From Utricularia gibba (taxonomy: Eukaryota > Plantae > Magnoliophyta): 64,000 bases of DNA. Position 1 is the first letter of the stretch, and every line of letters begins with the position of its first letter. Made by a program: the position numbers and the translations under genes. This document shows, in pieces, positions 38,809 to 52,341 of this stretch. The notes under the pieces were generated by a model. That model ran no database searches and was not told the origin of the DNA. It worked only from the letters and a program-made list of their open reading frames with translations. Location of the stretch: contig NEEC01000007.1 in NCBI GenBank assembly GCA_002189035.1, positions 434,001 to 498,000 on the forward strand. Reading direction: 5' to 3'.

Positions 38809-41800
38809 TCAAGAAATACTTAAATTGGCTGCCTTTCCCCTGGCAACAGAGCTTCGGTATAGCTCTTCATACTGAATAGCTGAAGATCCCCAACTAAAGT
38901 CTATATTCATCACCTTTTCAACCAGCTGATTCCAATTGTCAGTATCGTTATTGTAGAGATCAAACGCTCGTTCCATTGCATGGTTGAGTCCCTGAATCAT
39001 TCATGACTGTGAGCTACAGAGACAACAAAATGAGTTCTTTGCTCTTATTGGATGGCTTACTTTCTCATCAGCACTACAAAATGTGAATCCATTTCTATAC
39101 AGGACTGGTGTTTCATCATCATGGACATCAAACACGCTGCAAGAATAAGGTGGATCAAGTTTAATTGCCGAAGGAGATGAGAGCTGTAGAGAAATTATGT
39201 TGTACCTGTCGCCAAGTCCACCAGTCTTCCGAGCGATTGGAATGGCACCATATCGCATGCCGATCATCTACATATGTGCAACAGAGGTATGATCATCTCC
39301 TGAATATCTCATTCTTAAGTCTGTAGTTCGTGTTGATAAGATACCAATACCTGTGTTAGCCCACATGGCTCAAAGAGAGAAGGAATAATATACATATCTG
39401 AGGCTGCAAAGATCAAGTGCGCTAGAGATTCATCGTATTTCAGAACCAATCGTGCATGCTCATCAGACTTGAGTTGGTTGCTGAGTTCCTCAAATTCTCT
39501 CTGCAGAACACAACCATCATTTTTCAACAATCGTAGTTGGGTGGTGAAAAAAGATATCAGCAATAGTCAGTAATTTTTTTTTTTTTTTTTGGATGGGGAG
39601 AGGGTATCACCACTACCAGCGAAAAAAAAAAAAAACCAACAGATCAACAATAAAAAAAAATGCTGGAAAACAGCACTATCCTGAATTGAGGGGACAGGAC
39701 TTGAACCAAGGAGAACGAACTGACCACCAAGCTCCAGCGTCCGGAAGATTGCATACCTTATGAGATGTGTACCTTTTTGTGTAACCAGTCTGGTTATGCA
39801 TGCAACCTGCCATGTTAAAAATTGTAAATTGAATGGAGACTTTGGGCAGAGGAATCCCAATCAGCACTAAGAAAAGCACGTCTGTGATTTGCTTTACCAG
39901 TGGTTGCCTCGTGTTAGCTGAAGACAGCCCCAGGCATCTTCTCAATTCTGCTTTGTTAACTGCTTTTCCACCAATGTCGTTGGAATCATAATGTACTTTC
40001 AAAAAAGGATCGGTTGCAGGATTCCAAGCATCAGTATCAATTCCATTCAAAATACCAACGAATTTTCTGGAATATAAGTTTAGTGTTGATTGCAGGCCTC
40101 TTCCACCCTGCAACATGTGAATATATATCATCAGTGCAGAAGATGGAATAACTCTCCATCTCAAGTTTAACAACATTTTTATTCGAAAGAAAAAAAGTCC
40201 TTTTGGACACAGCAGAGTGTTTTTCCAGGATGCTACATATAGAGTGTGAAATTTTTACCTCTGGAGTGAGCACCTCTTTGGCATAAGATGGTGAAACAGT
40301 GGTTACAATATTAGAGAAAACAATTGCGCCCTGGTAAGTGGAGAAACCATAAGAAGGGCAAAGAAAGGTTTCAAGTGAGATGATTGTGACTAAATATGTA
40401 CTGATGCACAGGCAAGGGGAAAAAAGAAAGAAACGATAAATCATGCGGTTACCTTAACGGGGTTGACCCTGTCAATGACAAAGTTGTCCTGCATTCTATC
40501 AGGTCTGTTTAGGTGGTTCACATCAAGACCACAAGATGCCAAGGCTGAAGCTGGAGTGGATCCCTGATACTCAATATTGTGAAATGTAAAACATATACGG
40601 GCTGAGTTCAACCCTCTGTGCACATACAAATCCCAGTAGAGGGGTGCCTGACAAAATAAAAGACCAGAATGGGGTAAAAAAAGGAAATAGTACTTAGCGG
40701 ATACAGATGCAAGAAGTTGAAAACAATCATACAACAAATGCTGTCTGCCAATCATGGCAATGAATGATGTCTGGTTTCTTGCCGGCTTGAAGAAGTAATT
40801 CAAGTGCTGCCCTGCTAAAGAATGAGAACCGTCTAAAATCATCATGCTCACCATAAACTTGACCCCTCCAGAAGAACTTGTCCGGGTGGTGAGGCTCAAT
40901 TAAGTAAACAGGCAGGCCTGGAATTACATTACAACACAACCAAAGTATTAAGCTCGAAATCTCCCATAGGAAAGGAAACTGATAATAAGAAGATTCAGAC
41001 CTTCAACAATCCCAACCCAGATTTTGTTTTGAAAAATTTTGCCATCAAAATATGAGTCTACTGGCAATTCCAAAGCCTGTAGGAAAGTAAACATTCAGTC
41101 AATGGTAGTCGTAAAGTGCAAGAACACAACTCCATGCACAGACTATTAAGAAAAAATAACACCTCATATTTTATGTACCTTTAAGTCCTTAATGATCTCA
41201 TGATTAATGCAATCATATTTTGGCAGAATAACTTCTACAAGGTGACCTTTCTCCTGCAGTGCTTTACTCAGTCCAGTCACCACATCCCCCAGACCACCAA
41301 CCTTAGCGAAGAAAAAAATTAGTCCATGATTGAATTCATTGTTGCAAGCATTAAAAAATATAAATTGAGAAAATAAATCACATAGAAAGAAGAAATTTGA
41401 CTGCTGTATCAGCATTCAAGATATCAATCAGCATACACATCTCTGAATGACTATATCTATTCTACACATAGCCCACAAGTGATTAGATAATGCATTTAGC
41501 AAGCCAAATCAAATTGTCCTTGTGTTGCATACACCAAGATCACGGAACAGTAAAATGAGATCTAGCACGTGGAACAAAAAAAATGCATACCTTAGCCACT
41601 GGAGCCATTTCTGCTGCAATGTGTATTATATGTAACCTCCTGAATGACAACAGAGACAGTCACATAACCTGGAAGCACATTAGAAGAAGAGCTTTCATTT
41701 GTGATGCATACCGTGTTGTTGAGGATATCAATTTGCGAAATGAAGAAATCATTTCATCATCTTTCTTTTCCATAGATGACATATACGCATCAGAAACACT

Positions 41801-43789
41801 TTTCTTTCTGTTCCAAATCATATCTCTCAAGGAGTTAGCTTCCTCCACAGATATTTTCTTTTCAAGAAACCATCCATCCACTATCAGTAATAAACGACTC
41901 CAAAATTCCCAAGGAAGTTCATGTAAAGATGGAGACGTTTCCATATTTTCCCTATTTTTGTTTTCCTTCTTCAAAAGGCTCAACGCATTCTGAAATTCCG
42001 TCACAGAATCTTTATATTCTACAATTTGCGAATGAATCTCTTCATCAGATTTTTGCAGGAACTCATCCAAAGCTCTAATCCTATGCTGCATTAACTCATG
42101 TTGTTTTTCTATTTTCTTGGCATCATTTAAAAATTCTACTAGCTGCTCAACCCTTTCACATAGCTCTTCGTTTTGCTCAAGTAATTGGGCAGTTTGTTCA
42201 TCCGGTTTAGTAACCTTGGCTAGCTCACCTTGTAGATATTCTACCTTCTCATGCAGATATTTGCACTCCAACTCCAAACTAGAAACTTTTGAAGAATCTT
42301 TGCGAGAACCAGCAAGCTCAAGCTCCAACTCCTCCAAAGAAGACTCTACAATTGTTTGCTCTTTCTCAAGTACTTCAAGTCGTTCATCAGCTTTTTGGAG
42401 GTTTCCGATCTCATCTTTTAGTACCTGTATTTCATCCTTTAAGGAAATGTTCTCACTCCTTAAAACACTCAGCTCTTCACTTAAACATTTTACAACTTCA
42501 GCCTGTGAGGCAGCAAGATTGTTACTGATGTCTTGAACGTCTTCAATTTTATAACCATTTGACATTTCTGCACGTACTTTCTCCTGTTCGGCCAGTTTCA
42601 GCCGTGCATCAGTTTCAGCCATCTTCATCTCCAAAAGGTGTACTTTTTCCTGCAAAACCTCTTTCTCCCTGTGCATCTTTTCACGATCTCCAATGGCACA
42701 GATATGGGCTTCATGAAGCAGACGTATGTCTATATGATAAAACATTCCATTTCAGTTTTATGAAGTACTCAGATAGCCCAAAAAAGTTTCAAACATCCAA
42801 AAGGTTGATGATTCCAAAAGCATGTGAAAGTAAATATAACTTACTCCGTTCAGCAGTTCTTATCATAAAAAGTAAATCTTGAAGGTGACCCCTTGGCATC
42901 TTGTCTCGTTCATCTAATATAGCCAACTACATTTCAAAAAGGTGAACAATAACTAAACAAACAAAAACATAAGGAAACGCAGTTAAAACAATGTCCCGGA
43001 AGAATAGCAATGATAAACTTTCAAACATTTATCTTGAATACTTCGTTAAATGAGCAGTTAACGAACACATTGTCAACTTGAAAAATTTTGATATAATATG
43101 CTGAGAGGAAACCGATCAAATAAATCATGATCTATACTTTCCAACAAGTTGTAACTCATACTTGATTTTCATTTAGGGGGAAATAACCGATCACACTTTC
43201 AGAATTTGAATATGATGATTCCACTGTCTGCATAGATCTGGCACCATTTGGCACAAAAGAATTGCTTCCATCGTTCTTAACAGAATATATGGCATCAGGA
43301 ACGACAGAAATGCTGCCATTAGAAGACACGGTTTCTTCATTTCGATCTAAGCTCATATCCTTGTCCATGATAATTTTTGATCTGTTCCCGCGAACTGGCT
43401 GGAAACCCTTTGGTTTGGGATGCACATGGCTGCGTTTCTTCAAATGACTTCTCTTTTTATGAAAGCTGCAAGGTTTTGGAATCAAAATAACCAGGTTTCA
43501 GAAAGAGGGGAATTGATACTAATCCAAAACTAGGAAATGATACAGGTTTTGTGTTAAAACTAGCATTCATCCACCAAGATCATCAAATGCTGCACGCCCG
43601 GCTGACATCAAGGCAAGCGAAATGCGGTAAGACAGAAGCCTAAACCTATTAGTACCTGATATTATCCCGTCGACTCCCACAAAAAGTAGGTACCAAGCAA
43701 TGGGTGTGAGCCGACGCTTGAAGTGGAACATGAGCACCTCCGACCAGCTGACCGCCGAGCAAAGACGCCTGCAGCGCCACCGACTCCAT
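38809..43789 (-). CDS. SS4: Starch synthase 4, plastid, about 16 exons with N-terminal coiled coils
   Basis: Start MESVALQAS; coiled-coil exon with [16 protein letters not shown]; [11 protein letters not shown]|[53 protein letters not shown]. Confidence 0.95.
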
Positions 43790-43963
43790 CGATTTTCACG
43801 CACTCACATCAACAGCCCGTTGCTTCTCAGAAAAAAGCTCCAAAGCCGTTGCGTAGGCCCAAAGACTTCGGCTTTACTTCGTTGCAATCTTCTCCGCACG
43901 GGGAGGCTTCGCATCTACTTCGGAGGGGATTTTCCGCTGTACCCCGGTGTACATACGGCAGGC

Positions 43964-43972
43964 ACACGTGTC
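43964..43972. promoter_or_regulatory. ABRE/G-box ACACGTGTC in the divergent SS4 / AWPM-19 intergenic region
   Basis: Motif read directly; sits between a plastid starch gene and an ABA-inducible family gene. Confidence 0.5.
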
Positions 43973-44626
43973 AACGACGTAGCACCTGAGCAGGTGACAC
44001 GCGATTTTTTTTCAATTTAAATATTTTTTTTGAAAGCAAACTCAGACGATGCTTGAAATTCATTGGCCAACCTCGCCAAGAAGATTGAAAAGGAACGAAT
44101 CGATGTTGTTCCTGTGGCTCAAAATTGTTACAAGTTCCACTGGCAACCTGCAGCTGCTTGGTTCAACCCCAACTCAAACGTGTGTAACTCGATTCTTCAC
44201 AAAAGTGCAGCGATAATGATCATGCTTTCACAGTTTCTTCCTGGGGGCAGTTTTCTAATCGTAATGGGTTTTACCATACCACTGTAAATTCCCTGAGTTT
44301 TTGTAGTGAAAGTATGCCCTTTTCGTCAAAACTTCCTCTTGACAGTGTTTGAAGAATATTTCTTTCTTGACATCTCTGATGTGCATCCAACATGGCTTAT
44401 GAAACAAGGAATGCTTGTTTACGTGTACTGCTCTTTCTTCTTTCCTGACTTGAACACAAAGGTATTAGCTTTACAGCCATACCTAGATTCTGAAGAACAA
44501 ACACCCTGACAAGAAAAGAACCAAGATCCCCTGATATCTATTTAAGTTCCGGGTGTCAAGCTCAGAAATGTACTCTGCATCAAGAATTAAGAACAATCTC
44601 GTGTACACAGCATACATCATCCAGGG

Positions 44627-45356
44627 ATGGCTGCTGGGCAACTGAGGCCTGTGGCTGGGCTGCTTCTGGCACTCAACTTCTGCATGTATGCAATAGTTTT
44701 AGGTATCGGAGGCTGGGCTGTTAACAGAGCTATTGACCATGGCTTCATAATTGGTATAACCCTCTTTTGATCTTCTTCCATGGTTCTTGATTCCGATGCA
44801 TTCACTCAGAGACTGTTGGTTTCTCTCAATGTACATGCAACAGGTCCAGGACTCTCTCTGCCAGCCCATTTCTCACCGATATACTTTCCAATGGGCAACG
44901 CTGCGACAGGATTCTTCATCCTGTTCTCCCTCATCGCCGCTGTGGTCGGAATCGCATCATTAATCTCCGGATTGAACCATCTTAGCTTCTGGGACGCAGA
45001 CAGCTTGCCCGCTGCTGCCTCTAGCGCCACCATCGCTTGGGCTCTGACTCTTCTCGCCATGGGGTATCCCCCTCTTTCTTTTCCCCAATTGTTAAAACTT
45101 CAGCCAATGATCCTCTACTAATTCTGCTACCATTTTCAGCTTTGCTTCTAAAGAGATCGAGCTATCCGACAGAAATGCGCGTCTGGTAAGTGCCCTTCTC
45201 ACCAGGACGCAGTAGAACGATAAGACAGAGAGCTTATCCAACTAATGTTCGTGTTTCTTGCAGCGAACAGTGGAAGCATTCATCATCATCCTCTCTGCAA
45301 CTCAACTCTTTTACATAGCCGCCATCCACGGGGCTTCAACCAGGAGGAGAGGCTGA
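44627..45356 (+). CDS. AWPM-19-like (PM19) plasma membrane protein, 4 exons
   Basis: LLLALNFCMYAIVLGIGGWAVN, PMGNAATGFF, AWALTLLAMG|FASKEI, RL|RTVEAFIIILSATQLFYI. Confidence 0.92.
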
Positions 45357-45879
45357 CGTCACGCAGTTTGATTGCTGATTGTTTTTTTCTCGAAATTTTT
45401 ATTCGTTGTAAAAATTGTGTGCATCAAATAAAAAGGTGTGTGCTATTTTATTATTCTTCAAATTTCCAATATACTCGAAACGACGTCGTGTTCGAAATTA
45501 ATTCAACTATTTTAGAATTTTTATGATAAAATTATGGAGCTTTAATATTATTGGATTATTGTTAATAGAATCTCAATAATTATTTGTCATTTTATTTAAT
45601 TAAGGCTTCTAAAATGGATTTTTAAAATATGTTTATTAACATCATTTTGAGAAATGAGAACATAAAAGCGAGGCCAGGCTGTGGCTTGTCTGGAATTGGA
45701 TCCACCGAAATCTCGTCGACGGTAACCTACGCCGTGGTTTCCGGCCTAGGAGGTGGGAGCCAAGTTCGGAGTTCTGATTTTTACAGAAAATTCTGCTTTG
45801 GATTGGGAGTTGAAGAAGTCTACGCGGATTTTTCCGGTATAAATCGCGCGCGGCATCACTCTGCTGGAAAGACTCCGCC

Positions 45880-47940
45880 ATGGATGCTCTACGAAAGCAA
45901 GCGAACAAAATCAGAGACCAAGTGGCCAAGCAGCAACAGGTGGTGTGGCCGATCTTTTTTTTTTTTAAACTGAATCGTAGTTGAGGATCAATTAAGTTAA
46001 TAGGGAGTGCGGTTACTTGAATCTGTAGGCTGTGATAAAGCAGCTCAGCGTGAGCGGTTACGAGAGCTCGGATGTTATGGTCACTGATGAGTTGGAATTG
46101 CAGATGCATCAGCAGTTGGAGAAATTGTATAGGTCCACTCGCTCTGCTAGGGTAATTATCTTCCAGAACGTTTCAATGGTGCTGAAGTTGCTTTCTTTGT
46201 TTAAGGCATTTATAAGATATTCATTAAATGAGTTTTTTGGGGTGTTTTTGTTTATGATTCATGGGATTTTTTTTCTTTTGTTTTACTTTGGTGCAGGATT
46301 TTCAGAAGGAAGTCGTCAAAGCTGCTGAGGGATTGACAGCAATCGGCTACAAACATATAGAAGTTGGTGAGTCCATTTGTTGCAGATTTGGCAAGATTTA
46401 TGTATTTTTTTTTATGTATCACACGCTTAAGTCAGTGCTACATTGCATCCTGGTAGTTAGGAACCAAGTTATCCGAAGATTGTGCTAAATATGGGGTTGA
46501 TAATGCTGGTGATGACGAGATTCTGGCGAAGGCTGCTTCTGCTTATGGGGATGCACGTAAAATAGTGGAGAAGGAGCAAGAGGATTTTAATAAGTTATTG
46601 TTTGAACAGGTTTTCTGACATCCGCTTTCCTTGTTATCATATTCTATGGATTGTTTTTTGAATGGTCTTTATTACAATTCTTGAGAATTCATATGTACTA
46701 TTGAAACTGTATTGGAAGATGAGTAACCAAAAAACACAAGGACAATGTTGCTATGTATCATGTTCCATTTTCTTACTCTCATGAAACTTTAGGTGCAGAG
46801 ATCTAGATGATTTATTTTGATGATGAATTCTATTGTAATTTTTTATTCTACTGTAGGTTCTAGAACCTTTGAGGGCAATAATAACTGGTCCCCCTTTGGA
46901 AGAAGCCCGGAGATTGGCTCAACGATATAGTAAAATGAGACAAGAAGCTGAGGCGCAGGTTTTTAAAAAATAATTAAAAAAAACATTTTTCGATTCTTCA
47001 AGCACCTAACAACATGTGATCCTGTTTTCTTGATTCTATTTGAAATATATGCAGTCAGCTGAAGTGTTTAAGAGACAAGCGCGCGTGAGGGAGTCTCCAA
47101 TCGCGGAGCATGTAGCTAAGCTCCATGTTGCAGAATCTAAAATGCAAGAACTCAGGGCTAACATGGCTGTACTTGGTAAGGAAGCAGCCACAGCATTGTC
47201 TGCAGTACAATCACAGCAGCAGAGGCTCACTTTCCAAAGACTTGTTGCAATGGTAACATAGTTGATAGCCTGATCACAAAAAATAGATTCATCTGACTAA
47301 AATCAACATATTAGTATGCTTGTGTTCCTTCCATGTTAGATTGAAGGTGAAAGACTATATCACGAGAGGGTTGCCACAATCCTGAGCAATATCGAAGCTG
47401 AGGTACGTCCTCTTGGCATGTCAACCCGCATGATTTAAATCTCAGACAACGTGTTGCCTCAAATTTCGAGCAGATGGTCTCAGAGAAGCAGAGGAAGGAG
47501 GCAGCCCCACCCGTTGCCCCAGCCAACGGCTCCACGCAAAAAACCAAGTACTTTCTAGCAGAGGTATCCAATAAACCCAAAGTATGATCATCGATATTCA
47601 GTAATGAAGCTAACATGCCCTTTCCTTGGTGCTCTCCTTCTACCACAGGCAATGCATGCTTTTGAAGCTGCATCAGATAAGGAACTGAGCTTGGAAGTTG
47701 GAGATTTTGTCGTCGTTCGAAAGGTTTTCTAACTGCCCGCTCTATCTTCTGTGTACCGATATCCGGATCATCTATTATCATCAACCTTATAGAGCGTGCT
47801 TCACTACCGCTCTTATTCAGGTGAGTCCATCCGGATGGTCCGAAGGAGAATGCAAGGGAAGAGCTGGTTGGTTCCCAACTGCATACGTAGAGAAACGCCT
47901 GAGGAATCCCACAAGCTACACTGCCACTGAACCTTTCTGA
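45880..47940 (+). CDS. SH3P3: BAR + SH3 domain protein 3, 10 exons
   Basis: MDALRKQANKIRDQVAKQQQ|AVIKQ...LYRSTRSAR; C-terminal SH3 (ELSLEVGDFVVVRK|VSPSGWSEGECKGRAGWFP); all joins in frame. Confidence 0.93.
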
Positions 47941-48122
47941 ATGCAGCAGCTACTTCGGGTGCATTTTCTTCTCGTAGGCGGCGATCAAAGGTTTCATGAA
48001 GTTCAGAAGACGACTCACCCAATGCCATGGCCATGGGAGACTACTCTAATCTTGTGCAAGTGTGATATTTGTTCTTCTTCAGATTATTCTAATTAATTTA
48101 TTCCAAGAAATACCTGTTTAAA

Positions 48123-48142
48123 ATATATATATATATATATAT
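48123..48142 (+). repeat. (AT)10 microsatellite in the short SH3P3-eIF4E spacer
   Basis: Read directly from the sequence. Confidence 0.95.
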
Positions 48143-48269
48143 TTAATTATAGAATAATCCGCTCTTGGCTTTGGGCTTCTCAAGAATTGGAATGGGCTCG
48201 GCTCGTTATGGAAGTTTTAGACTTCTATATAGCCCAAATGCTGTTCTACTAGCGCGTTTCCTTGGTAGA

Positions 48270-49482
48270 ATGGCTGAAGAGGCACAGAAATTGGATCCAA
48301 TCGCCGTCGGGGAAGGAGACGAGAGCACGTTGCCGATTGCGAAGGGGTACGGTGGTGTAGGAGGAGAAGAATCGGAGGCTGAGGAAGGGGAAATTGTTAA
48401 TGGGGATTCAGAAGATGTACCGAAGGCTCTGACGCGACATCCCTTGGAGCATTCGTGGACATTTTGGTTCGATAATCCGTCTGCGAAATCGAAACAGGCC
48501 GCGTGGGGGAGCTCAATTCGCCCCATTTATACCTTCTCCACAGTAGAAGATTTCTGGAGGTAAACCCGCCGTCCGATATTTTTATGGAATACTTCATCTA
48601 TTGGCTTGTTTTCCATGTACGATGTAATTGGGTAATTTTGATTCTTCCAGAATTGTGCCTTTTAATGTTTAGCATTTACTTCGACTGTGATTGTCCAAGA
48701 ATAAGACTGAGATCATGGGCGTTTTCTTTATGTTTTTTTTTTTTCTGGGCTTGCAGCGTCTACAACAATATACACCATCCCAGCAAGCTAGGAGTGGGAG
48801 CGGATTTTCATTGTTTCAAGAATAAGATCGAGCCCAAGTGGGAAGACCCTGTTTGCGCAAATGGGGGGAAGTGGACTGTCGCGTTCTCCAGGGGGAAGTC
48901 GGACACTTCATGGTTGTATACGGTATGTTCTTGATTTCCAAAAATCGTCTACCTATTTCGAGATGCTGAGTTCACTTTCGGCCATCTATCATGCTCTTCC
49001 ATTTGTGAGCCCTTTTCAGTTGCTGGCGATGATCGGAGAACAGTTTGACTATGGAGATGACATCTGTGGGGCAGTTGTGAATGTCCGAGGCAAGCAGGAT
49101 AAAATTTCTCTGTGGACAAAGAATGCTGCCAATGAAGCCTCTCAGGTTTGTTTAAGGAGTCTACACGTTGCTCTCTGTCACACCTTTAGTTGCATTAGGC
49201 CTTTCCATATCAGAAAGGCTTCTACTCCATGCTATGACGATTATCTCTGATGAAGGATTCCCTTTGTATCAATGTTGTTCAGATGAGCATTGGGAAACAG
49301 TGGAAGGAGTTTCTGGACTACAAGGACAACATTGGTTTCATATTCCATGTGAGCTTCATTGTAACCTTAGCCTCCTAACTACCCATCAACATCCTCAGCA
49401 GCTTATATTGATATCCATACACTGGATGCAGGAAGATGCGAAGAAGCTCGAACGGAGTGCTAAAAATCGATACAATGTCTAG
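48270..49482 (+). CDS. eIF4E: Eukaryotic translation initiation factor 4E, 5 exons
   Basis: [58 protein letters not shown]. Confidence 0.96.
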
Positions 49483-50152
49483 AAATTTTCATCGGTTATT
49501 TAGCTTGGAGGTAATCTTCTCCCTGGTTTTATATGAACCTGTCTGTGGTTTTCATGCCTTTTCAAAGGCCTTGGATTGAACACTTTGATGTAGCTAAGAT
49601 GTTTCCCTTTTACCTCACTTCTGCTCCTTCAAGTAGAGCAAACCAGAGTTGCTCTCATCCCCCATCTGTTATCTCAAATACCTCCCATCCCAGAAAGTGG
49701 AAAAAATTAAAATTGATTTTTATTCTTAAAAAGGAAAGCTTTGTGTCGTACAATTTAACTATTTTTGGAAATTGAAATTCTGCAAGTTTCTTATTTTTAA
49801 AAAGTGAATATTAATTTTGAAATTTTTTATAATAAAATTGTTTTCTCAAAAACAAATATAATCCAAACATTTAATTACAGAAGTTGGTGGGCCTGTCTGA
49901 ACCTTAGGTACAATGCATCCGAAAGGTATGGGCGTTTAAAAAATCCTATTGATTTACATTTTTTTAAAAAGAAAACAAATGATACTTGACATAAAAAATC
50001 TATTATTGCTTTTAAAAAAAACACATTATTTTATGTGATATAAGAATTAATAAAATTTTATAGATAAAAAATGATTAAATGTGAGGGATCTTTTAAAATG
50101 AGGGATATATTATTACAAGAAAACGACCAATAATATAATAAGCATAAATACA

Positions 50153-50203
50153 CCACCGACATCGCCAATTTAGGTGAATGATAATTGCACCCACCGACAC
50201 GTC
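50153..50203 (+). promoter_or_regulatory. Tandem DRE/CRT cores with an overlapping ACGT box upstream of the GDSL gene
   Basis: CCACCGACA repeated at 50153 and 50191 (ACCGAC core); the second copy overlaps ACACGTC. Confidence 0.45.
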
Positions 50204-50758
50204 AGCTACTTGCATCTCAAGATAGAAATTAAAAAAAACATGCAAAGTGAATGTGTATTTTTTTTTCCTGTTTATTAGTAGTTAATATTACAATTGGTTT
50301 AATATTTGTACCTACCTTTCATTCAATTTCCACCTACTGCAAGAGATAAGAATTGTTAGCTTCACCACATATACCTTAGCTACTAAAATAAAATTAATTT
50401 TTTTACTTAATTCTTTTTTTCTGTAATAATAATTATTTCCTATGTCTTAATTCAAATAATTCTTTAATGGCATCAAAACAACATAATTTATTATATTTAA
50501 TTATTTTTTGTAAGAAATATATTTATTGATTTGATGCTTGTGAATGTTGTTTTGTATCAATGATTTACATTGAATTTAATTTAGTAATTTGTAATTATGT
50601 TTTATGATATTAAAAATAATAAAAACATTATTAAAAGGATTAAATTCATTTTATTCCGGTATTAATGGAAAACAGCGTCGGCGGACTCGACAGTAGTAGA
50701 TCTACATGGGGGGTTGCTATTTATTTAACCGCCGGTTGGCGTCGTGGATTCTTGCGTT

Positions 50759-50803
50759 ATGGCAAGCGGGTACGTGAGGTGGGTGGCTGTTTTGGCGGTG
50801 CTT

Positions 50804-50835
<32 letters not shown>

Positions 50836-52145
50836 GCAGGTTCCTTGCTTCTTGATCTTCGGAGATTCGTTGATCGACAATGGCAACAATAACAACGAGG
50901 TGACCACGGCGCGAGCTGACTACTACCCTTACGGGATTGATTATCCAAGGGGGACGCCCGGGAGATTCACCAACGGCAAAACCGCCGTCGATTTCATCGG
51001 TATTTTTATGGGCGAATTCCGGTGGTTTGTGTTTCGAATGGATTTTTTTTTTCTTGAATAAATGTGTGAGATGACAATGCAGCTGACTTACTTGGTTTTA
51101 CTGAGCCCATTCTACCGTACAAAGTCGCCAGGGGGCGTGAGTTACTCAGGGGGGTGAACTTTGCTTCCGGCGGCGGCGGAATCCGGCCGGAAACTGGCCA
51201 GCAGCTGGTTTAGACCGACTAACCTTTTGCGCTTCAATGCCATTGGATCGTACCGAGAGACTAACTGATTTCATGTGTTCAGGGATATAGAATCGATCTC
51301 AATGGGCAAGTGAGGAACTACAACCGGTACGTAGATCAATTGATCGACATTCTCGGGGGCGAAGACTCCGCCGCGGATCACCTGAACCAGTGCATATTCT
51401 TCCTCGGATTCGGGAGCAACGACTACCTCAACAACTACTTCATGCCGCTCTACTACTCCACCAGCAGCCAGTACACCCCGGAGCAATACGCCGACGACCT
51501 CATTCGACGCTACACCCCCCAAATAAAGGTGCACTGCATGCCCTTTTCATCCCGTTAACAAATTCATATCTTTCCGATCGTAATCCCTTTTCACGGCAGT
51601 CGCTCTACGACAACGGAGGGAGGAAGTTCGCGATTATGGGGATCGGAGAAATCGGTTGCAGCCCGAGTGAGCTCTCACAGAGCAGCCCCGACGGAAAAAC
51701 CTGCGTCGAACGAATCAACAGCGCGAACCGAATATTTAACAGTAAACTCCGGTCGGCCGTCGACCGCTACAACGACGAAACCGACGATGCTCAGTTTATC
51801 TACATCGACAGTTACGGCATCTTCAATGACCTTGTCACCAACCCTGCAGCCTACGGTACCTTCACGCTCCATTCTTACAATAAATTTCCGTCCACTAATA
51901 CCACACATTTTGTCTCAGGCTTTCGGGTGACGAACGTGGGATGCTGCGGTGTGGGGAGGAACAACGGGCAAATAACTTGTCTTCCTGAGCAGATCCCATG
52001 TTCTAACAGGCACGAATACGTATTCTGGGACGCTTACCATCCAACAGAAGCTGCCCATAGAATCATTGGCAGAAGATCTTACACTGCAGAGAAAGGCTCC
52101 GACTGTCACCCCTTCGACATTCGAAGGCTGGCGCAGCTCAGATGA
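50759..52145 (+). CDS. Secreted GDSL esterase/lipase, 5 exons
   Basis: Signal peptide; [22 protein letters not shown] and WDAYHP blocks; all joins in frame. Confidence 0.96.
50804..50833 (+). repeat. (GCG)10 poly-Ala repeat in the GDSL signal peptide
   Basis: Read directly from the sequence. Confidence 0.95.
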
Positions 52146-52341
52146 GAACAGAACGATGGTAATAATTTAATTCCTTTTTTTTTTATTCTTGGTGTTTAAT
52201 AAGTTGTACCCAGAAGACAGTGAATGCACCCGATCAGCTGCTCTTGTCGTTCCGGACAGAGTGGCTATTTATTGTCTTTTTAGTGCTGGAAATATGGAAA
52301 ATAAATGCGTTGATGTATTGAAAAATGCTCTACAACGATAA

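Noticed and set aside
42900-43160. Apparent phase mismatch between SS4 exons 2 and 3
   Set aside because: Resolved by the upstream acceptor ATGTAG|TTGGCT, giving ENQ|LAILDERD in frame.
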